The translations under genes were made by a program, and so were the position numbers. Positions 10,720 through 21,235 of a DNA stretch of 32,911 nucleotides are shown here, one piece after another. Source of the stretch: Octopus bimaculoides (lineage: Eukaryota); NCBI RefSeq assembly GCF_001194135.2, contig NC_068983.1, positions 120,817,438 through 120,850,348 of the forward strand. Reading direction: 5' to 3'. The first letter of the stretch is position 1. Every line of letters begins with the position of its first letter. The notes below the pieces were generated by a model. It saw only the letters and a list, made by a program, of their open reading frames with translations. It had not been told where the DNA came from and searched no databases.

Positions 10720-10885
10720 CTCTTGCTATAACTGTTATCCAGTTCAAATTCAGCCCTCTATGAGCAGTGTGACTATTCCGTATTTTTGTACATCCTAGAT
10801 TACATTATCCAGTGTGTCCTTCCTACTTTAAGACGGCAGCCTAGAATGGTATTTGACGGCTACTTCTGATAAATCAAACGACTCG
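10720..10885 (+). repeat. Degenerate interspersed-repeat fragment, possibly related to the opposite-strand fragment at 13838-13990
   Basis: TTTAAGACGGCAGCCTAGAATGGTATTTGACGGCTACTTCTG loosely resembles the reverse complement of GACCTGCTAGAAATTGCAGTCAAAATTTCACTCTACCTTCTTTAAAA. The match is by eye and weak. Confidence 0.35.
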
Positions 10886-11269
10886 TTAGTCTTCACTAAC
10901 TGGTCTTACACTAATCAATCACCTATTGATTTCTTACCTAAAATCTCGAGATAGCAGTCGGGAAAAAAATGATAATTTTCTCAATGCTGAAATAACTGCA
11001 CACAGAAATTAAAATCGTGTCGCAAACCCAACTACGCTCACGTTTATCTTACATTGCAATACGGGTCACTGGAATACCACAAAACATAACTCTCCAAATA
11101 TTAATTTTCACTTGGCGCACTTCTCTATTTTAAATGTGAAGGAATGGAAAGTGAAATGTTCATGACTATGCTACGAGTTACCTATTTTAGTTTTGCTGCA
11201 ACTTTATCACAAGAAGCCTATTGAATGTATAATGCCCTTTGCACTTCATTATTGTTTTCTGACATTGAC

Positions 11270-11440
11270 ATAACTGGTATAATTTATTTAATCGACCCCA
11301 GAATATGACTGATACGTATTTTATCAATTTCGTAGTAATGGAAGATAATGTCCAACCCAATAGAATTTTAACTTAGAATATAAAAAAAGGGGACATAACT
11401 AAATACTGGAAAGTATTTTGCCCAGTACTTTTCAAGAGTT
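11270..11440 (-). mobile_element. SINE family A, highly degenerate copy
   Basis: TAACTGGTAT...TTAATCGACCCC...AGAATTTTAACTTAGAAT...AAGTATTTTGCCCAG. Confidence 0.55.
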
Positions 11441-11530
11441 TAACCACCAGCATCACAAATAACCACAATTAAAAGACTACATTGTTTTATATTAGCAAAT
11501 TGATTTTATTATATTAAGGAAGGGCAAGGC

Positions 11531-11742
11531 AACGAGCTGGCAGAATCGTTAGCACACCGGACAAAGTGCTTAGCAGCATTTCGTCCGACTTTACGTTCTA
11601 AGTTCAAATTCCATCGAGGTCGACTTTGCCTTTCATCCTTTCGGGGTCGACAAATTAAGTACCAGTTAAATATTGGAGGTCGATGTAATCGGCCAGTCTC
11701 CTCCTCCAAAATTTCAGGCCTTGTGCTTTTAGTAGAAAGGTT
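11531..11742 (+). mobile_element. SINE family A, full-length copy
   Basis: AAGGCAACGAGCTGGCAGAATCGTTAGCACACCGG head; GTTCTAAGTTCAAATTCC; CTTTGCCTTTCATCCTTTCGGGGTCGA; tail CTTGTGCTTTTAGTAGAAAGG. Confidence 0.92.
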
Positions 11743-12199
11743 TATATTAAAGAAGGATAGGAACATTTCGTGGATCAAATAGCAGAGCATCGAACTAAAT
11801 GCCTTATAGTATTTAATCTCACCTCTCTTATTCAAATCCTACCAGACCCAACTTTCCTTTTTATTCTTCTACTTTCAATAAAGGTATTTCCAGTATATTC
11901 AATTAACTACACCGTTTTCTACTAATGCCATGTCTCAGTGAGATTCTTTAAAAATATTAATAGAACTCGACAAACCGAATTGGTGAAGAGGTTCGATGAT
12001 TTGTCATATTCCCTCTATTTAAAATGATTTGCCAATGGGAAATATTATGAATTTTACAGCAATTGTAAATTCGTTCACCACTTAGGAAGCCTTAAATATA
12101 TTTTGAGATATTTTCATCGGTTTTATTTTCATACGATTTCTGTAGAAAGTTGTTTATCTCGTATCGCATAATCTCATTTGTCATGTAATTACAGTTATA

Positions 12200-12560
12200 T
12201 CACCATCACCGCCACTAGTATTACTACCACCACCACCACAACTGCGCAGATACTACCATCATCGCAAATACTATGAATACAGCTACATAGTTTCCACCAC
12301 CAACGTCAATACTACAGCCACTCCTACTACGAAAGCAACTACCACCACATATATAACTAGATAACCATCATCACCAAAGCTACATACACAACTAAACAGC
12401 TACCACCATCATCACTGCCACCATAGACTAAACTACATGCCCGCCGCTACCACAATTATCACAACCATTACCACCACATACATAACTATGCGCCTTCCCC
12501 ACTCCCACCAATAGCACATAACCAACCTAGACAACCACCACTGCTACTACCACTCCAAAT
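12200..12560. repeat. Degenerate (CAC/ACT/ACC)n low-complexity tract
   Basis: Repeated ACCACC/ACTACC/CATCAC trinucleotides. Confidence 0.85.
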
Positions 12561-12984
12561 TAACTCGGCTTTTCTCTCATTGTTATCCATATTGCCTTTC
12601 CAGTGCCCTCACCACCACTACGCTCATTCATTCCTTCCAAAAACCCTAACTTCTCATTCCCTATCTACGGTTACTCCTGCAGCCGCCAGGCGAACATTGA
12701 TCACATCAGTCTTACTGGTCTCAGAGAGCCAAGCAAATAGTGGAAACATCTTCCTCCAAGCCAAATATATTACCCCACCAAAAAAGCAAACCTCCAGTGG
12801 GAATAGCAATCATGATACCCTTTTTACAAAATAACCCTGTAAAATAACTCAGTGGATAATATACCTCCTGGATTACAAAAAGACGGGAAAGTCCTTACTG
12901 GAATACTTTTCATTTGTATGTCTGCTTATGCAGGGCTGACCGGGTGCTAAACAAATCTAACAAAGAAGCTTCTATATAAAGCAT

Positions 12985-13369
12985 GTTGTTGTTGGCACTC
13001 CGTCGCTTACGACGTCGAGGGTTCCAGTCGATCCGATCAACGGAACAGCCTGCTCGTGAAATTAACGTGCAAGTAGCTGAGCACTCCACAGACACGTGTA
13101 CCCTTAACGTAGTTCTCGGGGATATTCAGCGTGACACGGTGTGACAAGGATGACCCTTTGAATTACAGGCACAACAGAAACAGGAAGTAAGAGTGAGAGA
13201 AAGTTGTGGTGAAAGAGTACAGCAGGGTTCGTCACCATACCCTGCCGGAGCCTCGTGGAGCTTTAGGTGTTTTCGCTTAATAAACACTCACAACGCCCGG
13301 TCTGGGAATCGAAACCGCGATCCTATGACCGCGAGTCCGCTGCCCTAACCACTGGGCCATTGCGCCTCC
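12985..13369 (-). mobile_element. tRNA-derived SINE family C, full length with a (CAA)n tail
   Basis: Minus-strand head GGAGGCGCAATGGCCCAGTGGTTAGGGCAGCGGACTCGCGG...GGTTTCGATTCCC (A and B boxes, TCG at an anticodon-like position); tail GGAGTGCCAACAACAAC. Confidence 0.92.
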
Positions 13370-13419
13370 ACACACACACATAAGTAAAGCATATAAAGTT
13401 AGTTACCTTCTCGCATTAT

Positions 13420-13645
13420 ACCGACTCATAAGAGCCAGTTTTCCAGTTTCATGGTGCATATATTCCCCACCTTGACGGGACGCCAGTCCGTCGCAGGATT
13501 ACTCATTTTTGCCAGCTGAGTGGACTGGAGCAACGTGAAATGAAATGTTTTGCTCAAGAACACAACGCGTCGCCCAGTCCAGAAATGGAAACCACAATCT
13601 TACAATCATATGTCCAACACCCTAACCACTATGCCACATGCCCCT
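13420..13645 (-). mobile_element. tRNA-derived SINE family D, variant 1
   Basis: Head GGCATGTGGCATAGTGGTTAGGG; central GTGTTCTTGAGCAAAACATTTCATTTCACGTTGCTCCAGTCCACTCAGCTGGCAAAAATGAGT is shared with the copies at 23457 and 28462. Confidence 0.82.
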
Positions 13646-13652
13646 TCTATAT

Positions 13653-13829
13653 CAGGCATGGGCAACCTTTTTCCAGAAGTGGGTCACATGAGACATGGCT
13701 CATCATCAGGCGAGCTGCACCACTGAAAGCATTTTAATAGATGTTATTTTTCTAGTGAAATTAGACGTTGCCATTTAGAAATCTCTGTGGGCCGAAGGTG
13801 GATTGCGAGCCGCAGTTTGCCCAAGACTG
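13653..13829. mobile_element. hAT-type MITE, 177 bp
   Basis: TIRs CAGGCATGGGCAAC and GTTTGCCCAAGACTG; 8-bp TSD TTCTATAT (13645-13652) / TTCTACAT (13830-13837). An 8-bp TSD with CAG-starting TIRs is typical of hAT elements. Confidence 0.85.
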
Positions 13830-14144
13830 TTCTACATATTTCCTTGACCTGCTAGAAATTGCAGTCAAAATTTCACTCTACCTTCTTTAAAAAATAACAG
13901 ATATGTCACCTCAGTAAAAGACGTTGTGTCAACGCCAGAATGCTTTTGATTACAGATTTGCTAAATCGAGGTTCAGCTACAGAAAACTAACATCATCAAC
14001 ATCAACCACAACGCTATCTACACTATTACCTACTGCAAACGCCGTTCCAGCGAAGACCATCACTCCCAACAACAATAAAAAAGGCAGCTTGCCTTGTTGA
14101 AACTGTAACCAAATTTCCGTTAAATCGCATTCTACTATCTTACA

Positions 14145-14308
14145 GGAGGCGCAATGGCCCGGTGGTTAGGGCAGCGGACTCGCAATTATAGGATCGCGGT
14201 TTCGATTCCCAGACCGGGCGTTGTGAGTGTTTATTGAGCGAAAACACCTAAAGCTCCACGAGGCTCCGGCAGGGGATGGTGGCGAACCTTGCTGTACTCT
14301 TCCACCAC
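14145..14308 (+). mobile_element. SINE family C, 5' part running into a gap (tail probably at ~15003)
   Basis: Closely matches the reverse complement of ~13206-13369. CTACAACAACAAC resumes right after the gap. Confidence 0.92.
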
Positions 14309-15059
14309 NNNNNNNNNNNNNNNNNNNNNNNNNNNNNNNNNNNNNNNNNNNNNNNNNNNNNNNNNNNNNNNNNNNNNNNNNNNNNNNNNNNNNNNNNNNN
14401 NNNNNNNNNNNNNNNNNNNNNNNNNNNNNNNNNNNNNNNNNNNNNNNNNNNNNNNNNNNNNNNNNNNNNNNNNNNNNNNNNNNNNNNNNNNNNNNNNNNN
14501 NNNNNNNNNNNNNNNNNNNNNNNNNNNNNNNNNNNNNNNNNNNNNNNNNNNNNNNNNNNNNNNNNNNNNNNNNNNNNNNNNNNNNNNNNNNNNNNNNNNN
14601 NNNNNNNNNNNNNNNNNNNNNNNNNNNNNNNNNNNNNNNNNNNNNNNNNNNNNNNNNNNNNNNNNNNNNNNNNNNNNNNNNNNNNNNNNNNNNNNNNNNN
14701 NNNNNNNNNNNNNNNNNNNNNNNNNNNNNNNNNNNNNNNNNNNNNNNNNNNNNNNNNNNNNNNNNNNNNNNNNNNNNNNNNNNNNNNNNNNNNNNNNNNN
14801 NNNNNNNNNNNNNNNNNNNNNNNNNNNNNNNNNNNNNNNNNNNNNNNNNNNNNNNNNNNNNNNNNNNNNNNNNNNNNNNNNNNNNNNNNNNNNNNNNNNN
14901 NNNNNNNNNNNNNNNNNNNNNNNNNNNNNNNNNNNNNNNNNNNNNNNNNNNNNNNNNNNNNNNNNNNNNNNNNNNNNNNNNNNNNNNNNNNNNNNNNNNN
15001 NNAACACTACAACAACAACAAAAGAAAATCAGCACTATCAGTCAGCATCATGAACAGCA

Positions 15060-15430
15060 CCACGATCAGTAACACAAAACAACATTGCCATCATCATCAT
15101 CATCATCCTCATCATCCTCATCATCATTATCATCATCATTATCATCATCCTCATCATCATCATCATCATCCTCCTCCTTTTCATCATCATCATCATCATC
15201 CTCCTCCTCATCATCATCACCATCATCATCATCATCGTCATCATCATCATCATCCTCATCCTCATCCGCATCATCCTCCTCATCCTCATCATCCTCCTCT
15301 TCCTCCTCCTCATCCTCATCATCCTCCTCTTCCTCCTCCTCCTCCTCATCATCATCACCATCACCATCGTCATCATCATCATCATCATCATCACCATCAT
15401 CATCACCTCATCATCATCATCGATGACGTC
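15060..15430. repeat. (CAT/CCT)n trinucleotide tract
   Basis: Direct reading; source of the poly-His/Ser/Met pseudo-ORFs. Confidence 0.97.
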
Positions 15431-15859
15431 CACCTTCCCGAAATAAAATAACAACAACAAAAAAAAACAAAAAGAAACCAAAACAAAGCAAAAAAAAAAG
15501 AGATATACCGATCTCAGAGAAATTACCAACATAAAAACATGTTGGACGATAGCAGAGAATTTACCGATCACCATGGTAACGGAAGGCAGCCAGAACACGC
15601 TTCTGCTATAGAAAGCAAGCAGTTTGTACGAAGGCTGTATAAATGAGAGAGTGTCCTCCCTGAGATTCTATTATCTAGATGAAATGATGCGGTATCATAA
15701 CACATCTCTTATAGTGTTTATTACTCGCATCTTATTTGGGTACTAATTAGCTTCTAATAACACTCATTCTTACAAATCTCCGCCGTACATTACTTCCAAC
15801 ATTGCTAATACTACATTACAGTGAACTACTACTGTAGAACAGCATTCACACAGTTGGTT

Positions 15860-15877
15860 GTAGTTGTTGATGATGAC

Positions 15878-15912
<35 letters not shown>

Positions 15913-16230
15913 TGGTGGTGGTGGTGATGATGACGGTGATGATGATGATGATGACGATGGTGGTGGTGATGATGATGATGACGATGGTGGTGGTGGTGGT
16001 GATGATGATGACGGTGATGATGATAATGATGATGATGATAATGATGACGACGATGATGATGACGATGGTGGTGGTGGTGGTGATGGTGATGATGACAATG
16101 ATAATGATGATGATGATGACGTTGACGACGATGGTGATGGTGGTGGTGGTGCTGCTGCTGCTGGTGGTGATGGCGACGACGACGGTGATGGTGGTGGTGG
16201 TGGCGGTGTCGTACGATGTAATCGATTGAA
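15860..16230. repeat. (GAT/GGT/GAC)n trinucleotide tract
   Basis: Direct reading; source of the poly-Asp/Gly pseudo-ORFs. Confidence 0.97.
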
Positions 16231-16608
16231 GTGGGCGTTTGGTAAATAATGGTGGCATACGATGGTATGGCAGTACGGTGCATGGTATCATCTAGTGATG
16301 GCATAGTGTGTGTGGAGGGCAAAGTACAGTGATATTTAAGTNNNNNNNNNNNNNNNNNNNNNNNNNNNNNNNNNNNNNNNNNNNNNNNNNNNNNNNNNNN
16401 NNNNNNNNNNNNNNNNNNNNNNNNNNNNNNNNNNNNNNNNNNNNNNNNNNNNNNNNNNNNNNTGTAATGGGTTGGTAGTAGTGTAGAAGCAGTAGAGTGA
16501 TGTGGTGGCAATGATGATGGTGGAGAGAGAAGCTTTATTCTTCTGGCTGAAAAAGACGGTTCTGCAATTTCTTGTTGAAAAAGTTACACAAATATTTTGT
16601 TTATATTA

Positions 16609-17320
16609 CAAAGAGGTTTCAGAAGGTTCCCAGATTAGTTATGTTTAATAAAAAAAAAACTTATTTACCTGAGTTTTAACATCATCTCCTTCGAAATAGT
16701 CACCTTGCGCAGCAATACACCGGTCTCAGTATACGTGCCACTTTGGGGATTCGACCTAGAATTCGTTTTCTGTAAGCAAGACGAGGACCTTCAGCGATTT
16801 GCTCTGGAACTCAACAATGGTGTTAAAACAGCGACCGTTGAGTTGCATTTCTATCTTGGAAAAGTGATGGAAGTCCGCAGGTGCTAACTCTGGCGAATAG
16901 GGCGGGTGCGAAAGTGATAGCATGTTGTTTTTGGTGAGAAAAACTTACGAGTGAGGGGAACTCGGTGACTGAGTGTATCGTCGTCATAAAGAATCCAATT
17001 CCTCGCGCGCCACATATCCAGTCGCTTTCGTCGAATGTTCTCTCCCAGACGCTTCAAAACGTCGCAGTAGAACTCTCGATTGACTGTCTGGACCTGGAGG
17101 GGGACGAATTCTCGATGAACAATACCACATTACCGGGGTTGACGCTCGTGGCAGGTCTTCCAGGTCGCTCATTGTCTTCCAGGAGCATTATTCCGATTTT
17201 TGAAGTGCCTGTGCAGCTCGAAATATTGCGTATGATACATTGCCCCATTGCTGTAAGCAAGTAAACAGCGATGTCATTCGGCACACTGCCTCATGAATGT
17301 CACTGCTAGCTCTCACTGCG
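16609..17320 (-). mobile_element. Mariner (Tc1/mariner) relic, internally deleted and frameshifted transposase with 3' TIR
   Basis: Minus strand: LEDNERPGRPATSVNPGNV fused to GIVHREFVP...TVNREFYCDVLKRLGENIRRKRLDMWRARNWILYDDD, then SHPPYSPELAPADF...DRCIAAQGDYFEGD. TA at 16607-16608 beside TIR-like CAAAGAGGTTTCAGAAGGTTCCCAGA. Confidence 0.92.
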
Positions 17321-17659
17321 CACGAATAAATGATTTGTTTTGGCATAAGACCATTATTATGCGAAAGATCGCACCTGATACTAGATCAGGAATGCTTCTA
17401 TATTGGGCATTCAACACGTTTCCAAGATAGTGCTATTCTTTACTCTATTGTCCAACTTAACCATGCATATTTGCCAAATACATCTCATATGAAAGCTGTT
17501 CAGTTGACTGATGTGTCGATCTTATCAAGGAAATGTTGTGTATGTGCTAGTGTATAGGGTGGGGTGAGAGTGTGTGCATGCGTATGGATAAAAAATGTTT
17601 GTCAAGAGTATCAGATAAAGAGAAGAGGTACAGCGACAAAGGTAGAATAAGAGAAATAT

Positions 17660-17766
17660 ATATAAACACACAGACACAGACGCACACACATAAACACGTA
17701 GGCACAAACATAAAAGTATATATTTGTATGTATGTGTGTGTGTATATATATATGGATATGTGTTTG

Positions 17767-17810
<44 letters not shown>
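17660..17810. repeat. (CA)/(TG)/(TA)n microsatellite cluster
   Basis: Direct reading. Confidence 0.95.
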
Positions 17811-17813
<3 letters not shown>

Positions 17814-18755
17814 CCAAGGAAGTTAGAGGTTGTGAATCCAACCAACTAAGGGATANNNNNNNNNNNNNNNNNNNNNNNNNNNNNNNNNNNNNNNNNNNNN
17901 NNNNNNNNNNNNNNNNNNNNNNNNNNNNNNNNNNNNNNNNNNNNNNNNNNNNNNNNNNNNNNNNNNNNNNNNNNNNNNNNNNNNNNNNNNNNNNNNNNNN
18001 NNNNNNNNNNNNNNNNNNNNNNNNNNNNNNNNNNNNNNNNNNNNNNNNNNNNNNNNNNNNNNNNNNNNNNNNNNNNNNNNNNNNNNNNNNNNNNNNNNNN
18101 NNNNNNNNNNNNNNNNNNNNNNNNNNNNNNNNNNNNNNNNNNNNNNNNNNNNNNNNNNNNNNNNNNNNNNNNNNNNNNNNNNNNNNNNNNNNNNNNNNNN
18201 NNNNNNNNNNNNNNNNNNNNNNNNNNNNNNNNNNNNNNNNNNNNNNNNNNNNNNNNNNNNNNNNNNNNNNNNNNNNNNNNNNNNNNNNNNNNNNNNNNNN
18301 NNNNNNNNNNNNNNNNNNNNNNNNNNNNNNNNNNNNNNNNNNNNNNNNNNNNNNNNNNNNNNNNNNNNNNNNNNNNNNNNNNNNNNNNNNNNNNNNNNNN
18401 NNNNNNNNNNNNNNNNNNNNNNNNNNNNNNNNNNNNNNNNNNNNNNNNNNNNNNNNNNNNNNNNNNNNNNNNNNNNNNNNNNNNNNNNNNNNNNNNNNNN
18501 NNNNNNNNNNNNNNNNNNNNNNNNNNNNNNNNNNNNNNNNNNNNNNNNNNNNNNNNNNNNNNNNNNNNNNNNNNNNNNNNNNNNNNNNNNNNNNNNNNNN
18601 NNNNNNNNNNNNNNNNNNNNNNNNNNNNNNNNNNNNNNNNNNNNNNNNNNNNNNNNNNNNNNNNNNNNNNNNNNNNNNNNNNNNNNNNNNNNNNNNNNNN
18701 NNNNNNNNNNNNNNNNNNNNNNNNNNNNNNNNNNNNNNNNNNNNNNNNNNNNNNN

Positions 18756-19701
18756 AATTACAATACTACTCCTCTTATAACTTTCTCATACCTCTGTTTA
18801 TATTTTATCTAATATGAATAATATAATGCATCTAATAATAATGATAATTTAATTGATTCATTTGTATGCATATACATGCATTTATGTATGTACATTTAAG
18901 TGTAGGTATATGTTTTTATGTATATTTATGTATATGTATGTATATGTAAAAGTATGTATATATGTGTGTATTTATATTTAGAACTTAACCTTATGTACTT
19001 TCTAAAATCTCTGACGAAGCCTAGAGAGACATCCAAGTACCTCAATTTTATCTACTAATTACTTCAGTCCACTGGAGGGATAGAGGTAGAATGAGGTATT
19101 TTTCCTCTTGGTTGAAACAGCTGTAAGATATTATCCCAATTTCTATTGCTATATGCTATATTTTAATAATTACTGATATTTAATATTTTATATATTATAT
19201 ATGTAAAGCATAATATGTCATACATGTATGTATATTGTTATAATTGTCGTTTTAGTAAATAAATAAATTGACATAATATAATGTCTATAAGTCGATGAAT
19301 ATCATCTATTGATCCCTCCATTTTCTTATTACTCTCTCTCTCTCTCTCTCTCTCTCTCTGNNNNNNNNNNAATATAATATGTATGTATGTATGTGTATGT
19401 GTGTATATATATGTGTGCTCGTCATGCATACACAGTTTCATTCTTGCATAACTAAAATAATTTTAAGATATATTGATTTTATAAATTACAATACTACTCC
19501 TCTTATAACTTTCTCATACCTCTGTTTATATTTTATCTAATATGAATAATATAATGCATCTAATAATAATGATAATTTAATTGATTCATTTGTATGCATA
19601 TACATGCATTTATGTATGTACATTTAAGTGTAGGTATATGTTTTTATGTATATTTATGTATATGTATGTATATGTAAAAGTATGTATATATGTGTGTATT
19701 T
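18756..19701 (+). repeat. Identical 218-bp direct repeat (18756-18973 and 19484-19701), period 728 bp
   Basis: Both copies read AATTACAATACTACTCC...GTATGTATATATGTGTGTATTT with no mismatch seen. Each touches a gap. Confidence 0.95.
19003..19133 (+). ncRNA. Type I hammerhead ribozyme (minimal PLE-type stem III, long stem II)
   Basis: Core CUGACGA 19011-19017 and GAAA 19114-19117. Stem III AC-AGCU-GU (palindrome ACAGCUGU). Cleavage triplet GUA 19123-19125. Stem I AUCU/AGAU plus 3 further bp. Stem II AGCC/GGUU extended by long internal pairings. Confidence 0.8.
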
Positions 19702-20384
19702 NNNNNNNNNNNNNNNNNNNNNNNNNNNNNNNNNNNNNNNNNNNNNNNNNNNNNNNNNNNNNNNNNNNNNNNNNNNNNNNNNNNNNNNNNNNNNNNNNNN
19801 NNNNNNNNNNNNNNNNNNNNNNNNNNNNNNNNNNNNNNNNNNNNNNNNNNNNNNNNNNNNNNNNNNNNNNNNNNNNNNNNNNNNNNNNNNNNNNNNNNNN
19901 NNNNNNNNNNNNNNNNNNNNNNNNNNNNNNNNNNNNNNNNNNNNNNNNNNNNNNNNNNNNNNNNNNNNNNNNNNNNNNNNNNNNNNNNNNNNNNNNNNNN
20001 NNNNNNNNNNNNNNNNNNNNNNNNNNNNNNNNNNNNNNNNNNNNNNNNNNNNNNNNNNNNNNNNNNNNNNNNNNNNNNNNNNNNNNNNNNNNNNNNNNNN
20101 NNNNNNNNNNNNNNNNNNNNNNNNNNNNNNNNNNNNNNNNNNNNNNNNNNNNNNNNNNNNNNNNNNNNNNNNNNNNNNNNNNNNNNNNNNNNNNNNNNNN
20201 NNNNNNNNNNNNNNNNNNNNNNNNNNNNNNNNNNNNNNNNNNNNNNNNNNNNNNNNNNNNNNNNNNNNNNNNNNNNNNNNNNNNNNNNNNNNNNNNNNNN
20301 NNNNNNNNNNNNNNNNNNNNNNNNNNNNNNNNNNNNNNNNNNNNNNNNNNNNNNNNNNNNNNNNNNNNNNNNNNNNNNNNATTA

Positions 20385-21235
20385 TCTCTGATCAATATGT
20401 ATCCGGACTGTTGCCATAGTAACAAAGCTAAAGGACGCAGAGTAAAACCGCTTGGCACAAACTGACTTTGATCTCTGCTGTACACACACACACACACACA
20501 CACTTCCGCTGTTGACATCGGAGCTTGGAAGTAACGGGTGTAACGTGTAATCGCCGCATTGACCATGACAGAGAAAGTTGTCATGGTCATACCTGCTCAG
20601 AGGCCTACGCAAATTTGTAGAAAGTGTATGAAGAGGAGTGTATGAGTTACACTAAAATATATGAGTGTTTCAGACGTTTCCAAGATGGCCGAAAAAATTT
20701 CGATAGTGACCAACGTTCTGGGAGACCCGCAACCAGCAGAACTGAGAAGAACATTGCAGGTGTGTGTGCAGCTGTGAGAGGAAATCGTTGAGTAACCATC
20801 TGTGAGTTATCAGAGGATGTGCAGATTAGTTACGGTTCCGTTCAGTCCATTATCACTGAAGGTTTTGGTATAAGTCACGTATCTGCCAAGTTTGTACCAA
20901 AATAGCTTTCAGCCGAACAAAAAGACACTCGAGTTTCAGTTGCACAAGATCTTGATTGTGTTGAGATCAATGAAACTTTTTGAAACCTTTGCGTAGAACT
21001 CTGAGCAGGTATCGGCACGCTTTTGACAAAATTTGCTGCAGATTCTCTGCTGAACTTGCTATATCATGTTCAATGCGAGATCACACGTTACATACGTTAC
21101 TTCGAAGCACTGCTGTAAACAGCTGAAGTGAGAAGGAACAGAGAACAAGGTCATTCTATGCCAAGTGGCTTTACTCTGCGGTGATTCAGCTTCGTTACTA
21201 TGGCAATAGTCCGAATACTTATTGATCAGACCACG
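20385..21235. mobile_element. Mariner-derived palindromic non-autonomous element: 5' end plus transposase N-terminus, closed by an inverted second 5' end
   Basis: Plus strand: GHTCSEAYANL*KVYEEECMSYTKIYECFRRFQDGRKNFDSDQRSGRPATSRTEKNIA...SAKFVPK*LSAEQKDTRVSVAQD. 20975-21235 is the reverse complement of the 5' arm (TCTGATCAATAnGTATnCGGACT...), ending in TA at 21236. Confidence 0.9.

Noticed and set aside
10938-10986. Possible 49-nt minus-strand exon LRKLSFFSRLLSRDF
   Set aside because: Splice signals are plausible but it is isolated; expected by chance in 33 kb of AT-rich DNA.
13300-14230. tRNA-like sequences at 13300-13369 and 14145-14215 (also 28465-28530)
   Set aside because: A and B boxes are present, but each continues into a SINE body and lacks a proper acceptor stem. 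These are SINE heads, not tRNA genes.
15625-15800. TACGAAGGCTGT... resembling a mariner TIR start
   Set aside because: No matching second TIR or transposase sequence found.
15038-16511. Poly-His, poly-Ser, poly-Met and poly-Asp/Gly ORFs
   Set aside because: All frames on both strands are open because of (CAT)n/(GAT)n repeats; there is no splice or domain evidence.
16705-17284. ORFs 16705-16887, 16965-17264, 16984-17172, 17054-17284
   Set aside because: Antisense or off-frame pieces of the decayed mariner; no intact transposase.
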